Shown here: one piece after another, positions 34,491 to 45,343 of the stretch
Position numbering within the stretch: position 1 is the first letter of the stretch
How the letters are laid out: each line of letters starts with the position of its first letter
Notes under the pieces: generated by a model
The model's input: the letters and a program-made list of their open reading frames with translations, nothing else
What the model was told of the DNA's origin: nothing
Database searches by the model: none
DNA from: Candidatus Atelocyanobacterium thalassae
GTDB lineage: Bacteria > Cyanobacteriota > Cyanobacteriia > Cyanobacteriales > Microcystaceae
Direction: 5' to 3'
Length of the DNA stretch: 64,000 bases
Assembly (NCBI GenBank): GCA_051971635.1
Contig: JBFPLN010000003.1
Span: 256,001-320,000, forward strand
Made by a program: the position numbers and the translations under genes

Positions 34491-34982
34491 TTATCTATAT
34501 AATTTTCTCGATTGTGAGACAAAGGAATATATCTCTTCTTCTATGTGTTCGATTATTTTTTTCATAGCCGGTTTTAAATCAGAGCTAATTTCTAGTCCAA
34601 AAGCCAAACTTTTTACTTGAATGAGATATACAGTAATATCTTTAGGAAATTCTTCCTTAAATATTTTTTTACCTACTGCTAAAGCATTGTCCCATCTAAA
34701 ATCATGCAAGCTATTACTAGGTTCTGGTAACTCTTCCAATTCTTCCCCTGGTACTCTATAAATATCGCCTGGATAAGAATTTATTGAGCAAGCATCTATA
34801 ATAATTAATTTTTGACTACCTCTTGCTTGAAACATAACCTCCATACCTGAAGTTCCGCAATCAAAAATATTAATTTTAGAAAAAAATTTTCTTTGGTAAT
34901 TTTTTTGTAGCTTTTGCGCAATAATTGCTCCTATTGCATCATCACAACGATTTAAGTTACCACAGCCAATAATTGTTAACAT
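34491..34982 (-). CDS. hupW: uptake hydrogenase maturation protease
   Basis: MLTIIGCGNLNRCDDAIG, DCGTSGMEVMFQARG, IIDA, LHDFRWD match cyanobacterial HupW; start trimmed to 34982. Confidence 0.9.
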   Translation of the reverse strand: MLTIIGCGNLNRCDDAIGAIIAQKLQKNYQRKFFSKINIFDCGTSGMEVMFQARGSQKLIIIDACSINSYPGDIYRVPGEELEELPEPSNSLHDFRWDNALAVGKKIFKEEFPKDITVYLIQVKSLAFGLEISSDLKPAMKKIIEHIEEEIYSFVSQSRKLYR

Positions 34983-35004
34983 TATAAAACCAATTCTATA
35001 AAGA

Positions 35005-36069
35005 TTAGACCCTAAGAGTTTCTGATAGTGCGTCAAGAAGTCTTTGATTATCTTGTTCTGCCCGTACTGCGACCCTAAAGTATTTATCACCTAATTTGTG
35101 AAAACTTAAACAATCGCGAATTAAAATATGATGCTTGTGTAGCAGCTGTTCTTGTAATTTAGAGCTTTCTATTAATGTTTCTACCAGAAAAAAATTGACA
35201 GAGCTGGATATCGGCTTTAATCCTTTTATCTTTGACAAGCCTTGGAATAACTTTTTGCGATTGAATAAGAGCCATTGTCTTGTACTATTTGTAAATTCCT
35301 TATCATTAATTGCTGCAATTCCTGCGACAGTGGCTAAGTAATTTACAGACCAGGGATCTCTCCAAGCTTGCCATTTCTTTAAACGATCAGGATGGGAAAT
35401 TGCACATCCTAACCTTAGTCCAGGAATGCTATAAAACTTTGTTAGAGACCGTAAGATGATTAAGTTAGAATATTTTGATACCCAAGAAATTAAACTTTCT
35501 TGTTGGAGAGGATCAACAAAATCCATAAATGCCTCATCTACTACAACTAAAGATAGATTTTCTAGTAAATTTACAAAAAGCTCTTTCTTCAACAACTTTC
35601 CTGTTGGATTATGAGGATTGTTAATAATCACACCTGATTTTTCCCATTGAAAGTTATCAGGTGTAGCTATAGGATTATCTTGCTGCCACAAAAAATCAAT
35701 TGATTTAACATTTGCTTGAAATGTTTTTAGTGCTCTCAAATAATCGTTAAAAAAAGGATTAAAGATATAGGCTATTTCTTGTTGTGCTAGTTCACGTCCT
35801 GCCCAAGTTAATAATTCGGCAACCCCATTTCCAATGAGAATCCATTCAGGAGATAGTTTATAATACTGAGCCAAAATTTCTCTTAATTCTGTATAGTTTG
35901 GATCAGGATAATGGTTAATATTTTGTAGTGAACTTTGAATCGCATTCAAAACACTTTGAGGTGGACCAATAGGATTTATACTAGCAGAAAAATCTAGTAT
36001 GGAAGAAGTAGGACAACCAATCTGACAGGCTGCCCAGAATAAATTTCCTCCATGAACAGGACGTTGCAT
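35005..36069 (-). CDS. cobD: L-threonine-O-3-phosphate decarboxylase (cobalamin synthesis)
   Basis: HGGN, DFSASINP.GPP, NNPHNPTG, DEAFMDF, SLTKFYSIPGLRLG. Confidence 0.9.
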   Translation of the reverse strand: MQRPVHGGNLFWAACQIGCPTSSILDFSASINPIGPPQSVLNAIQSSLQNINHYPDPNYTELREILAQYYKLSPEWILIGNGVAELLTWAGRELAQQEIAYIFNPFFNDYLRALKTFQANVKSIDFLWQQDNPIATPDNFQWEKSGVIINNPHNPTGKLLKKELFVNLLENLSLVVVDEAFMDFVDPLQQESLISWVSKYSNLIILRSLTKFYSIPGLRLGCAISHPDRLKKWQAWRDPWSVNYLATVAGIAAINDKEFTNSTRQWLLFNRKKLFQGLSKIKGLKPISSSVNFFLVETLIESSKLQEQLLHKHHILIRDCLSFHKLGDKYFRVAVRAEQDNQRLLDALSETLRV

Positions 36070-36081
36070 ATTTATAAATAA

Positions 36082-36363
36082 CTAGTCTTTAAGAGCGACT
36101 TTTTCTTTAAAAAGCTTCCCAGCCGAAAATGCAGGAACCTTAGTTGCAGGAATACTCATTTTTTCATTAGTTTTAGGATTACGTCCTTCTCGAGCTTTAC
36201 GATTACGAGCTTCAAAAGATCCGAAACCTACGAGCGTAACTTTATCATCTCCTGCGACTGCTTCCATAATGGTTTCAATCGTAGCACTGATAACGCTATC
36301 TGCTTGTTTCTTAGTAACATCAATTTTATTTGCTACTGTATCGATTAATTCCCCTTTATTCAT
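36082..36363 (-). CDS. hup: DNA-binding protein HU
   Basis: MNKGELI, VTLVGFGSFE, REGRNPKT, VPAFSAGK; start trimmed to ATG 36363. Confidence 0.97.
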   Translation of the reverse strand: MNKGELIDTVANKIDVTKKQADSVISATIETIMEAVAGDDKVTLVGFGSFEARNRKAREGRNPKTNEKMSIPATKVPAFSAGKLFKEKVALKD

Positions 36364-36583
36364 TTGATAATCTCCCAATTTGACATTTTTTACACTGATT
36401 TATTTTTTGACATCATACCAAGAAATATATCGTTTGCAACTTATTTAGCAAAATTAAATTCTTAAATCCTAATAGAAGATTTAATTTTTAAAATATTATA
36501 CTGACTTATCTCACTGAAAATAATCAGATTAAATCAAAATATAATATTAGTGAACTAATTATTTTAAGAGCAATAATATCGAA

Positions 36584-36612
36584 AAGCAGTAAGAAATATA
36601 ATCTTACTGCTT
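36584..36612 (-). terminator. 11-bp hairpin downstream of dxs
   Basis: AAGCAGTAAGA-7 nt-TCTTACTGCTT, 35 nt past the dxs stop. Confidence 0.6.
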
Positions 36613-36646
36613 CTCAGTATAGCCCTAAAGGTTTAACTTACAGTCT

Positions 36647-38557
36647 TTACTTAATAATTGACGGCTGCGGAAAATTAAAGAAAATTTTTCTAATCTTTTC
36701 AGCAATTTGAGGACTAGTCAACTGTAAATCTGCTTTTGATTGATCAGGAGTAGCATGATCAACTAGTTGATCAGGAATTCCAATTCTCTTAATTGGGACT
36801 ACAATATCAAGATCTGTTAAGGCCTCGGTGACAGCTGACCCAAATCCACCCATCAAGCAGCCTTCTTCTAGAGTAACTACTTTACCAATATTTTTAGCTA
36901 GTGGCGCGATTAAATCAATATCTAAAGGTTTAACAAAGCGTGCGTTAACAACAGTTGCTTCAACACCGTGTTCTTTCAGAATTTCAGCTACTTGCAATGA
37001 CTGATAAACCATGGTTCCATAAGCTATTAATAAAATATCATCACCATTACGAAGAATCTCACCTTGGCCAATAGGAATGGATTCCCAACCTTCTTCCATT
37101 AAAGGAACTCCGACACCACTACCACGAGGGAAACGCATAGCAATAGGACCTGATACATGATTGATACCTGTAACTACCATGCGTTGCAGTTCTGCTTCGT
37201 CTTTAGGAGCCATTATTGTCATGTTTGGTATACAACGTAAGTAAGCTATGTCATATAAACCTTGATGAGTAGGCCCATCAGCTCCAACAATACCTGCCCT
37301 ATCTAAGCAGAAAAATACAGGAAGATTTTGAATACCAACGTCATGTAAAACCTGATCGTATGCTCGCTGCAAGAAAGTTGAGTAAATTGCAACTAGGGGG
37401 CGTATTCCTTCACAAGCTAACCCAGCAGCTAAAGTAACTGCGTGTTGTTCAGCAATACCAACATCGATATACTGTTCCGGCAATTTGGCTTGAAGCTTAT
37501 CTAGGCCAGTTCCTGTAGCCATTGCAGCAGTAATACCAATAATTCTTGAATTATTTTGAGCTAAAGTTGTCAAAGTATGTGCAAAAACTTTGGAATAACT
37601 AGGGGGTTTGGGAGTATTAGAAGGTATTGCTTTTCCTGTAGCAAGACTAAATGGACTTTGAGCATGATAGCCAACCTGATCTTTCTCCGCAATTTCGTAA
37701 CCTTTACCTTTGACAGTGGATACATGTACAAAGACAGGTCCAGTAGCTTTATGCGCTTGCTTAAAAGTAGAAATTAATTCTTCTATATTGTGACCATCTA
37801 TAGGTCCAAAATATTTAAAACCTAGTTCTTCAATAACCGCACCGACCTTAGGCATAGCTAAGCGTTTTACGCCCTCTCTTAGCCTTTCCATTTCGGGAGT
37901 CAAGGAATCACCAAAAAAAGGTAAATGTTTAAATTGTTCTTCGATATTATCTGAAATAAATTGCACAGGATCGCTTAATCTAACTTTGTTGAGATAGCGA
38001 GAGATAGCCCCAACGTTAGGCGAAATAGACATTTCATTATCATTAAGAACAACCATGAGGTTAGTATTGGGGAGATGGCCAGCATGATTAATAGCTTCTA
38101 AAGCCATTCCCCCCGTTAAGGCTCCATCACCAATAATAGAGACCACTTTATAATTTTCACCTTTGTTATCCCTGGCTATAGCCATTCCGAGACCTGCAGA
38201 AATACTTGTAGAAGCATGTCCAGCCCCAAAGTGGTCAAATCTACTTTCACATCTTTTTAAATATCCAGCGATACCATTCTTTTGACGTAGAGTATGAAAG
38301 CTATGATAGCGACCAGTTAAGATTTTATGAGGATAGGCTTGATGTCCTACATCCCATATAACTTTGTCTTGATCTAGATCAAGAGTTTGATAAAGTGCAA
38401 TAGTTAGCTCTACAACTCCCAATCCTGGCCCAAGATGTCCTCCACTAGCTGCAATAGTTTGTAAATGTTTTTCTCTAATTTGACGGGCAACATCTTCTAA
38501 TTGACGAATTGGTAGCCCGTGTAACTGGTTAGGATGAGTAATATCACTTAAATTCAT
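36647..38557 (-). CDS. dxs: 1-deoxy-D-xylulose-5-phosphate synthase
   Basis: [52 protein letters not shown]. Confidence 0.99.
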   Translation of the reverse strand: MNLSDITHPNQLHGLPIRQLEDVARQIREKHLQTIAASGGHLGPGLGVVELTIALYQTLDLDQDKVIWDVGHQAYPHKILTGRYHSFHTLRQKNGIAGYLKRCESRFDHFGAGHASTSISAGLGMAIARDNKGENYKVVSIIGDGALTGGMALEAINHAGHLPNTNLMVVLNDNEMSISPNVGAISRYLNKVRLSDPVQFISDNIEEQFKHLPFFGDSLTPEMERLREGVKRLAMPKVGAVIEELGFKYFGPIDGHNIEELISTFKQAHKATGPVFVHVSTVKGKGYEIAEKDQVGYHAQSPFSLATGKAIPSNTPKPPSYSKVFAHTLTTLAQNNSRIIGITAAMATGTGLDKLQAKLPEQYIDVGIAEQHAVTLAAGLACEGIRPLVAIYSTFLQRAYDQVLHDVGIQNLPVFFCLDRAGIVGADGPTHQGLYDIAYLRCIPNMTIMAPKDEAELQRMVVTGINHVSGPIAMRFPRGSGVGVPLMEEGWESIPIGQGEILRNGDDILLIAYGTMVYQSLQVAEILKEHGVEATVVNARFVKPLDIDLIAPLAKNIGKVVTLEEGCLMGGFGSAVTEALTDLDIVVPIKRIGIPDQLVDHATPDQSKADLQLTSPQIAEKIRKIFFNFPQPSIIK

Positions 38558-39016
38558 AATGGTTTACTTTATACCATCTTGATTTGGTTGTTATGTTATG
38601 TTGATTTGATTGTTATATCAAATAATAGAATCTCTCTTAGATATAGTAACTTCTATTATTTGTATTTAACTTATTTTTTTAATCAATTAAATTTATTTCT
38701 TCTATATCAAAGATTATTAAATTTATTATCAGTTATAAATATAAATATATTTGTCTTATTTGTCATATAAAGTCATGAGTCATATAAGTTAAAATTTAAC
38801 AAATTTGTTTGTTCTTTGTGATTTAGTCGTATTTACTTTTGATTATAAAATAAGTATTTTTTATTTTAATAATATTTTTTCCTTGCAGTCTTAAATATTT
38901 TTGATTCTAATTCTTTTCTATAAATGACCTAATCTACACACAATGCACGCAAATGACAAAGAATATGTAACAATATTAGTTCCATACAATATTTAGGGCT
39001 TAACTTTTAATTATCC

Positions 39017-39382
39017 ATGACTACAACAAACTCTAATAATCAAAATGATAAAGTACTCAACGCGATGAAAAAGTTTGCTGAACAGTACGCAAAAAGAACA
39101 AATACTTATTTTTGTAGTGAACCTTCTGTTACAGCAGTAGTTATCGAAGGGCTTTCTAGGCATAAAGAAAAACTAGGTTCTCCGTTATGCCCGTGTCGTC
39201 ATTATGAGGATAAAGCCGCAGAAGTTAAAAGTACCTACTGGAACTGTCCTTGTGTTCCCATGCGAGAACGTAAAGAATGTCATTGTATGTTGTTCTTAAC
39301 GCCAGATAATAATTTTGCTGGGAAAGAACAAGAAATCGATTTAGAATTTATAAAAGAAGTACGAGAAAGTATGTCAAATTAG
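39017..39382 (+). CDS. ftrC: ferredoxin-thioredoxin reductase catalytic subunit
   Basis: CPCR, WNCPC, ECHC motifs intact. Confidence 0.96.
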   Translation: MTTTNSNNQNDKVLNAMKKFAEQYAKRTNTYFCSEPSVTAVVIEGLSRHKEKLGSPLCPCRHYEDKAAEVKSTYWNCPCVPMRERKECHCMLFLTPDNNFAGKEQEIDLEFIKEVRESMSN

Positions 39383-39387
39383 CCAAT

Positions 39388-39783
39388 ATGACTACAGAAA
39401 ATTTTTTAAAAGGGGTCAAGCAATTTAACCAAAGAGAATTTTATGCCTGTCATGATACGTTAGAAGCTATTTGGGTAAAAGCAATTGACATAGATAAACA
39501 TTTTTATCAAGGTATATTGCAGATATCAGTTGGTTGTTATCATCTAGTGAATAATAATTGGCATGGAGCAGTTACTTTATTAGGAGAAGGAATAAGAAAA
39601 CTTTATGACTACCAACCAAGCTATAAGAGCGTTGACGTCTCTTGTCTCTTAGAAGAAAGTGAAAAATTATTAATGTATCTTCACAATATAGATCCTGATA
39701 ATATCAGTGAATTTTCTGCAATTTTAACAGCAAATGTTAATCATTCTCCATGCAAGCTGCCTTATATTACGATAATTTCGTAA
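39388..39783 (+). CDS. DUF309 family protein
   Basis: FN..EFYACHDTLEAIW, FYQGILQISVG.YH. Confidence 0.9.
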   Translation: MTTENFLKGVKQFNQREFYACHDTLEAIWVKAIDIDKHFYQGILQISVGCYHLVNNNWHGAVTLLGEGIRKLYDYQPSYKSVDVSCLLEESEKLLMYLHNIDPDNISEFSAILTANVNHSPCKLPYITIIS

Positions 39784-40059
39784 CATAAATTAGAATTTTA
39801 AGTATCTAGGCTTTTTAGTAATTATTTTTTAATAGATAGATTTATTAATCTTTAAAAAAATAAGCTTATTAGCTTTTCTATATTCAAAATAAAAACTACT
39901 TTCTATCCGTTCTTTACAAAAAATGAGAATAATAAGTTACTGCTTAAAATTCCCAAAATAAAATTTCTTTGTAGACATAAATCTAAGATCTATAGCTCAT
40001 AGCTACTAGTAATTTAATTTCCTCTAGAAAGCTTATTTATCTTTAATATGTATTAATTA

Positions 40060-40533
40060 ATGCGATACACTGAGGAAGTTTTATTCTATAATATGAACAA
40101 AAATAATATGAGAAAAAAAATATATCAAAAAATTATTATAATTTTTTCAGGTTTAGCATTATTTGGTAGTATGACCGTCGCAACTTTTTCTTTTAAGCAA
40201 TCTTCTCCGTCTTCATTATCAAAATCAAATACTGAAACAATCTACTCCATAGATGAAAGACTCTATTCTATTATTCAGGGATATGAAACTGTCTTGGAAA
40301 GAGAACCAAATAATATGACTGCTAAACAGGGACTAGAAGAGGCTTTAAGAACTTTAGTTGCTACTCAAATACAAGCAAAAAATTTAGACAAAACTATTCC
40401 AATAATGGAAAAGCTTACGGCATTAGTACCAGAAAATGATCAATATAGAAATATATTAAAGCAAATTAAAAATAATATGAATTCAAATACTAAAGTACAT
40501 GATTTGAATACATCTAATCCTAATAATCCTTAG
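40060..40533 (+). CDS. membrane-anchored TPR-like hypothetical protein
   Basis: N-terminal TM, GYETVLEREPNN and LTALVPEN TPR-like turns; start may be 40093 or 40108. Confidence 0.7.
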   Translation: MRYTEEVLFYNMNKNNMRKKIYQKIIIIFSGLALFGSMTVATFSFKQSSPSSLSKSNTETIYSIDERLYSIIQGYETVLEREPNNMTAKQGLEEALRTLVATQIQAKNLDKTIPIMEKLTALVPENDQYRNILKQIKNNMNSNTKVHDLNTSNPNNP

Positions 40534-40540
40534 TCAATTT

Positions 40541-41038
40541 TTAAGTAGTCGCACGTTTGATCATCAAACGTTGATTTGATTCTTGACCACGATTTTCAAC
40601 TGCTAAGTCATTAATATGTTTCAAAAATAAATGTACTTGACGACGTTCATTTAGAGAAAGAGAGGTCATTTCTACTTCCTATTCTGTTTTACAGACTTTT
40701 TGCGCAGTTTCCTGAAGAAAATTTTTTAATTATTTATGGCGTCTAAAACGATAATTATTTAATTCAATTGTAAACTTATATACATTAGAGAAATCTACAT
40801 CATAATTAATAAAAGTATTAACTACATGTTCAATAGCATCAATGAACTCTCCTCGTTGTCCTATCAATCTAAATATATCTTGAGATGTTAATTATTCTTT
40901 GTTAATGATCAACCAAATCTCATTGATTTTATTTAGCTCATTTTTTTTATATTTAACTTTTACGTTTACTGTAAACCCCATTAATTCTAATAATTTTTCT
41001 AACCATTCTTGACCAATATCTTCCTGTCTTTATTTCAT
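40541..41038 (-). pseudogene. jag: Jag/KhpB/EloR RNA-binding protein (KH + R3H) pseudogene
   Basis: One frame of 166 codons: MK*RQEDIGQEWLEKLLELMG...LIGQRGEFIDAIE...IELNNYRFRR...ERRQVH...RGQESNQRLMI; four internal stops; expected syntenic position after yidC. Confidence 0.9.
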
Positions 41039-41175
41039 TCCGAAAACTACATTTTTAGTGTTTAACTAGTTAGAATTATTAAAAATTATGATATTTGTAC
41101 TACTCATATTCTATGAGAAACTTCAAATTATTCTATATATTTTTTGTGAAATAGTTAAAATCAAATAGTTCCATC

Positions 41176-41211
41176 ATTTTCTAAAACGCAATGGAAAGCG
41201 TTTTAGAAAAT
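41176..41211 (-). terminator. 14-bp hairpin directly after the yidC stop
   Basis: ATTTTCTAAAACGC-8 nt-GCGTTTTAGAAAAT. Confidence 0.65.
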
Positions 41212-41219
41212 AATAGAAA

Positions 41220-42356
41220 TCAAGAAGTTTTTTCTTTTTTCTTTGAACGTTTTTCGAAAGGTAGTGACTCTCTGGTTATCTCTTCCTTCTGTTGTTGTTC
41301 TACTAATTTTTGCAGATTTTCTGGTAGTGGTTCTCGCATAAGAATAAGGCTCTGTAATGTTTGAAAAACATTAGCCACCACAATATACATTAAAACTCCT
41401 GCAGGTAAAGGGAAAAACAAGAACATACCACTAAATAGAATTGGGGTAATCTTAGTAATTGCTTGTTGTTGCTGTGGTCCACTACCGGAGGTACCTGATA
41501 GTTCTTGGTTGACATAAATACTGGCACCAAAAAATAATATCATTGCTAGAATATCCCAGTTAATAGTTCCATCTTCGCCCATTACACCTACTTGTCCTAG
41601 TGCTTTGATAAAAAGAAATCCTTTATTCGCAGCAATACCAGGGATAGTAGCCTTTATAGTAACTTCTCCAGGATACAAAGCTTTAAAAGTTCCATCCTGA
41701 TAATTTTCTAGTTTCTCCGCGCCTTTTACAACTTCAAAAATTGGTTGAATTTTATTGTAAGAATTTTGAGAGGTTAGTTGCGCAAGTGATTCGCCTGCAG
41801 TGTTTTCGAATACAACGTTTGACTTTTCGCCTATTTCTAATTTATTGCCTTTTGGGAATGATGCTGTTAAAGGAAAATGTAAACCATCACTAATGTAAAT
41901 ATTATTAGGTTTAGTTTGGAACGGTTGTGAGGTGACTACCTCTATGTGCTCTTTTGGTAATATCTGAGCATCTAACGTATAGCTAATATCAGCGAAAGGT
42001 GACCCTCTTAAAGTTGCAAATAAAGCAAAAAGAATAGGCATTTGTAGCAAAAGGGGCAAACAACCTGCTAAAGGATTACCAAACTCCTTCATTAATTTTC
42101 CCATCTCTTCTTGCTGCTTTGCAGAATCGTCTTTATAACGACGTTGAATCTCTTCTTGCCTTTCTTTCATCAAGGGCTGAGTAATTTTCATTTTTCGCAT
42201 ATTGCGAATCTGCCCTGCACTTAAAGGATACAAAGCTAAACGAATTACTAATGTCAAAGCAATAATTGAAAAGCCATAACTAGGCACAATCCCATAAAAA
42301 AAATCTAGGATTGGTAGCATAATATTTGTAGAAATAAATCCGATCCCAAAATCCAT
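41220..42356 (-). CDS. yidC: membrane protein insertase YidC/Alb3
   Basis: [36 protein letters not shown]; located in the rpmH-rnpA operon. Confidence 0.97.
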   Translation of the reverse strand: MDFGIGFISTNIMLPILDFFYGIVPSYGFSIIALTLVIRLALYPLSAGQIRNMRKMKITQPLMKERQEEIQRRYKDDSAKQQEEMGKLMKEFGNPLAGCLPLLLQMPILFALFATLRGSPFADISYTLDAQILPKEHIEVVTSQPFQTKPNNIYISDGLHFPLTASFPKGNKLEIGEKSNVVFENTAGESLAQLTSQNSYNKIQPIFEVVKGAEKLENYQDGTFKALYPGEVTIKATIPGIAANKGFLFIKALGQVGVMGEDGTINWDILAMILFFGASIYVNQELSGTSGSGPQQQQAITKITPILFSGMFLFFPLPAGVLMYIVVANVFQTLQSLILMREPLPENLQKLVEQQQKEEITRESLPFEKRSKKKEKTS

Positions 42357-42765
42357 TCTTCTTAATCCAAATTATTTTTCTAAAAGGTTATCTATCTATA
42401 TAGACTTAATATGAAAGTGAAAAGGTAATAGTAACTAAAAGTTATCTCATCTTACTTTTAGTTTTAGAAGTTACTTAAGAATAATCATCCAAAATATTTT
42501 ACTTCATAACTTGAGTATTTCTAAAATATAGGAAAAGATGTAAATAACCATTATATTTATGCGTAACAGAATAAAATTATCATATCAACTAGCTACATGA
42601 GTAATTAGTATTAATTCCATTGCAATATAGTTACAATCTACAAATGATAAAAAATTGTTACTCTTTTAAACTAATAGTATATTTTAATTTTCTAAATAAT
42701 CGAATTTAAATAAATTATGACTAATTCTAATTCATCATGAAAAGATTTATAAAAATGTAATTTTT

Positions 42766-43131
42766 CTAATAGCCATGAACAATTTTTGCATTAATCAACA
42801 ATTCTTCTATTTCTCTTAAAAGTATGCTGTGTTGGCATCCTTGAGTCTGTTTTTTGACTACTATAACGATTTGATACCCTGAAACAATTTTAGGTAAAAG
42901 GACATGGATTATCGATTTAATTTGCCGTTTTAAATAATTGCGAACTGTTGCCTTTTTACTGACCTTTTGGCTAATAGAAATACCAAATTGCGTTGGTATT
43001 ATTTGACAATTTTTATTAGTACCAAAAAGTGAGTGTATTACTACCTGAGAACTGTGGTAACACTCTCCTTTCCTGTAAACAGACTGAAAAGCCTCATAAT
43101 GCCTAAGGCGATTATTTCTAGGTAATCCCAC
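42766..43131 (-). CDS. rnpA: ribonuclease P protein component
   Basis: LPRNNRL...F..VY, FGISISQKVSKKATVRN..KR; GTG start. Confidence 0.93.
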   Translation of the reverse strand: MGLPRNNRLRHYEAFQSVYRKGECYHSSQVVIHSLFGTNKNCQIIPTQFGISISQKVSKKATVRNYLKRQIKSIIHVLLPKIVSGYQIVIVVKKQTQGCQHSILLREIEELLINAKIVHGY

Positions 43132-43174
43132 CTTTCCTCACAACTATTTGAATAGTTAGGATAGCACTATTGTC

Positions 43175-43312
43175 TCAAACAGATAAGCGATACCTTCCTC
43201 TTTTTCGTCTTGCTTGAATTACTTTGCGTCCATTGTTATCTCTCATTCGTGCCCGAAAACCTGATGTTCTTTTTTGCTTTCGGTTAGTTCCTCCTAGTGT
43301 CCGTTGAGTCAC
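43175..43312 (-). CDS. rpmH: 50S ribosomal protein L34
   Basis: [26 protein letters not shown] at 43312 preceded by GGAGG Shine-Dalgarno. Confidence 0.97.
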   Translation of the reverse strand: MTQRTLGGTNRKQKRTSGFRARMRDNNGRKVIQARRKRGRYRLSV

Positions 43313-43635
43313 AAGCCTATTCCTCCAATAATACTTTTTTAATTTAATATTATAAATACACAGGAGTACATCATAACAAAACACAAGGTAAATAGCAAAT
43401 TCTATTCTTTTCTAAAATGAAATATTGTTGTTATATTTTTCATATAAGTCTCTTTGTTTTTTTTAAGCATTAATTAAGCAATAACTAAATTTAATAAATG
43501 ATGAATAACTTTGAATATTTTTCACAATTCATTTGTAATGTTGTTCTAGCTTGTTTCAAATTAATAAAAAATTAAAAGATTAGCAAACATACTACATATG
43601 TATTTGATACTTCAAGGTTTGTAATAAGCATTATT

Positions 43636-44388
43636 TTAAAGTTTACCAAATCTCCTTTGTCGATGCTGATATTCTAACAAAGCTTCATAAAGATTTTGAT
43701 ATGTGAAGTCCGGCCAAAGAGTTGAAGTAACATAAATTTCTGCATAAGCTAATTGCCATAATAAAAAGTTACTTAAACGCATTTCTCCACTAGTACGAAT
43801 CAATAGATCAGGATGAGAAATATCTTTAGTGTATAAATAATTTTCAAATAGAGTTTCATCAATATCACTTATATCAAGCAACCCTTGTTTTACTTTTGTC
43901 GCTATTTTTCGACAACTCTGAATAATTTCTTGACGTCCACCATAGTTAGTAGCTATCGTGAATTGTACTCCTGTATTATCTTCCGTATTTTTCATTGAAC
44001 GGAAAATTTGCGATTGTAAAGATGAGGGTAATTCTTCTAGATTTCCAACAAAACGTATTTTTACGTTTTCACTCATCATTTCTTGTAATTCTCTATGTAA
44101 TACTGTTTCAAAAAGAGCCATTAAAAACTCTACTTCTTGAAGAGGTCTTCCCCAATTTTCAGTCGAAAATGCATAGGCCGTTAGAGCAGGAATTCCTAAA
44201 TCTCGACAATAACGAAGTAAATCTTTAAGAGTTCCCACTCCCTTCTGATGTCCTACAATTCTGGGAAGTCCACGATGCTTAGCCCAACGTCCATTGCCAT
44301 CCATTATCACGGCAATATGACCTGGGAGACGGTTTTGATCAAGATCAGTTGGTAAATTTTTTAACACAATAGATTGCTTAACAGTCAT
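43636..44388 (-). CDS. uppS: undecaprenyl diphosphate synthase (isoprenyl transferase)
   Basis: [45 protein letters not shown]. Confidence 0.98.
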   Translation of the reverse strand: MTVKQSIVLKNLPTDLDQNRLPGHIAVIMDGNGRWAKHRGLPRIVGHQKGVGTLKDLLRYCRDLGIPALTAYAFSTENWGRPLQEVEFLMALFETVLHRELQEMMSENVKIRFVGNLEELPSSLQSQIFRSMKNTEDNTGVQFTIATNYGGRQEIIQSCRKIATKVKQGLLDISDIDETLFENYLYTKDISHPDLLIRTSGEMRLSNFLLWQLAYAEIYVTSTLWPDFTYQNLYEALLEYQHRQRRFGKL

Positions 44389-45299
44389 TTCTTCTCTTCC
44401 GGTGAGTTCGATGACGAAATATTAAAGGTTCGTTTAAAAAAAAGTTTTCCTTGTGAGTTAATAGTATGCTTTAACGCATCCCAGCTAGGAGCTACAGAAT
44501 CGCTGTTAACAATTAGGGAGAAGCGCTGTTTTAACAACTCTTTTAGTCTACTATTAGTTAAAGGACGGTCTAAAACTCCTTTCTCAGCTAAAGAAATCGA
44601 GCCTGTTTCTTCAGAAACTACTATACAAAGACATTGATCAATATTCTCAGTGATCCCTATAGCAGCACGATGTCGAGTTCCTAGCTGACGTGAAAACGTC
44701 TTATCAGACAATGGAAGGATAACTCCTGCAGAAACTATCCTAGAACCACGAATAAAAACGGCTCCATCATGAAGTAAAGTTTTTGGTTGAAAAATTGTTT
44801 GTAATAAGGCCTTAGAGATTTCTCCATTGACTACTACTCCAGGATCAACAAAAACTCTTGTATCAATAGTTGCTTCTGTCTCAATAACAATTAATGCTCC
44901 CGTTCTATTTTGAGATAATTCTCGTACTGTTTCTACCAGTTCATCCACTATATTGTCTGGCTTAGGTATAGGTCTTCTTTGTTTAAATAATTGTAGTATT
45001 TTCCCTCTTCCTAGTAATTCTAGAAATCTTCGAAATTCTCCTTGAAAAATAACAGCCATGGATACTGCTGCTCCTAAAACTAATTTTTCCAATACGAATT
45101 TCAACAGTGTCAATTGAAGCTTTTCGCTAATTACTGTTACTAACATTAAAATAATTAGCCCCCGAAACATCCATAAGGTACGACGTTCACCAATAGCAAG
45201 AAGCATCAAATAGGTTAACAACAGCACCAAACTAGTATCGATGCCGTTATGAATCAACCCTGAGGGTGTCCAGTGCTGATCAGGAGGCTCACCTAACAT
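44385..45299 (-). CDS. cdaA: diadenylate cyclase
   Basis: Three N-terminal TMs, catalytic LHDGA and GTRHRAA, VSEETG; lysA-cdaA-uppS operon; ATG 45299. Confidence 0.95.
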   Translation of the reverse strand: MLGEPPDQHWTPSGLIHNGIDTSLVLLLTYLMLLAIGERRTLWMFRGLIILMLVTVISEKLQLTLLKFVLEKLVLGAAVSMAVIFQGEFRRFLELLGRGKILQLFKQRRPIPKPDNIVDELVETVRELSQNRTGALIVIETEATIDTRVFVDPGVVVNGEISKALLQTIFQPKTLLHDGAVFIRGSRIVSAGVILPLSDKTFSRQLGTRHRAAIGITENIDQCLCIVVSEETGSISLAEKGVLDRPLTNSRLKELLKQRFSLIVNSDSVAPSWDALKHTINSQGKLFFKRTFNISSSNSPEEKK

Positions 45300-45343
45300 G
45301 ATGTAAAATGACAAGATGGATGATTAATAAAAACAGAAATAAA

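Noticed and set aside
38579..38770. 63-aa ORF upstream of dxs
   Set aside because: TTG start, low-complexity L/I/N/Y composition typical of AT-rich spacer, no motif
40541..41038. Stop-codon reassignment (TAA/TAG read as Gln) to explain the in-frame stops of jag
   Set aside because: Other genes in the window end normally at TAA/TAG, and the tRNA-Gln has a normal TTG anticodon
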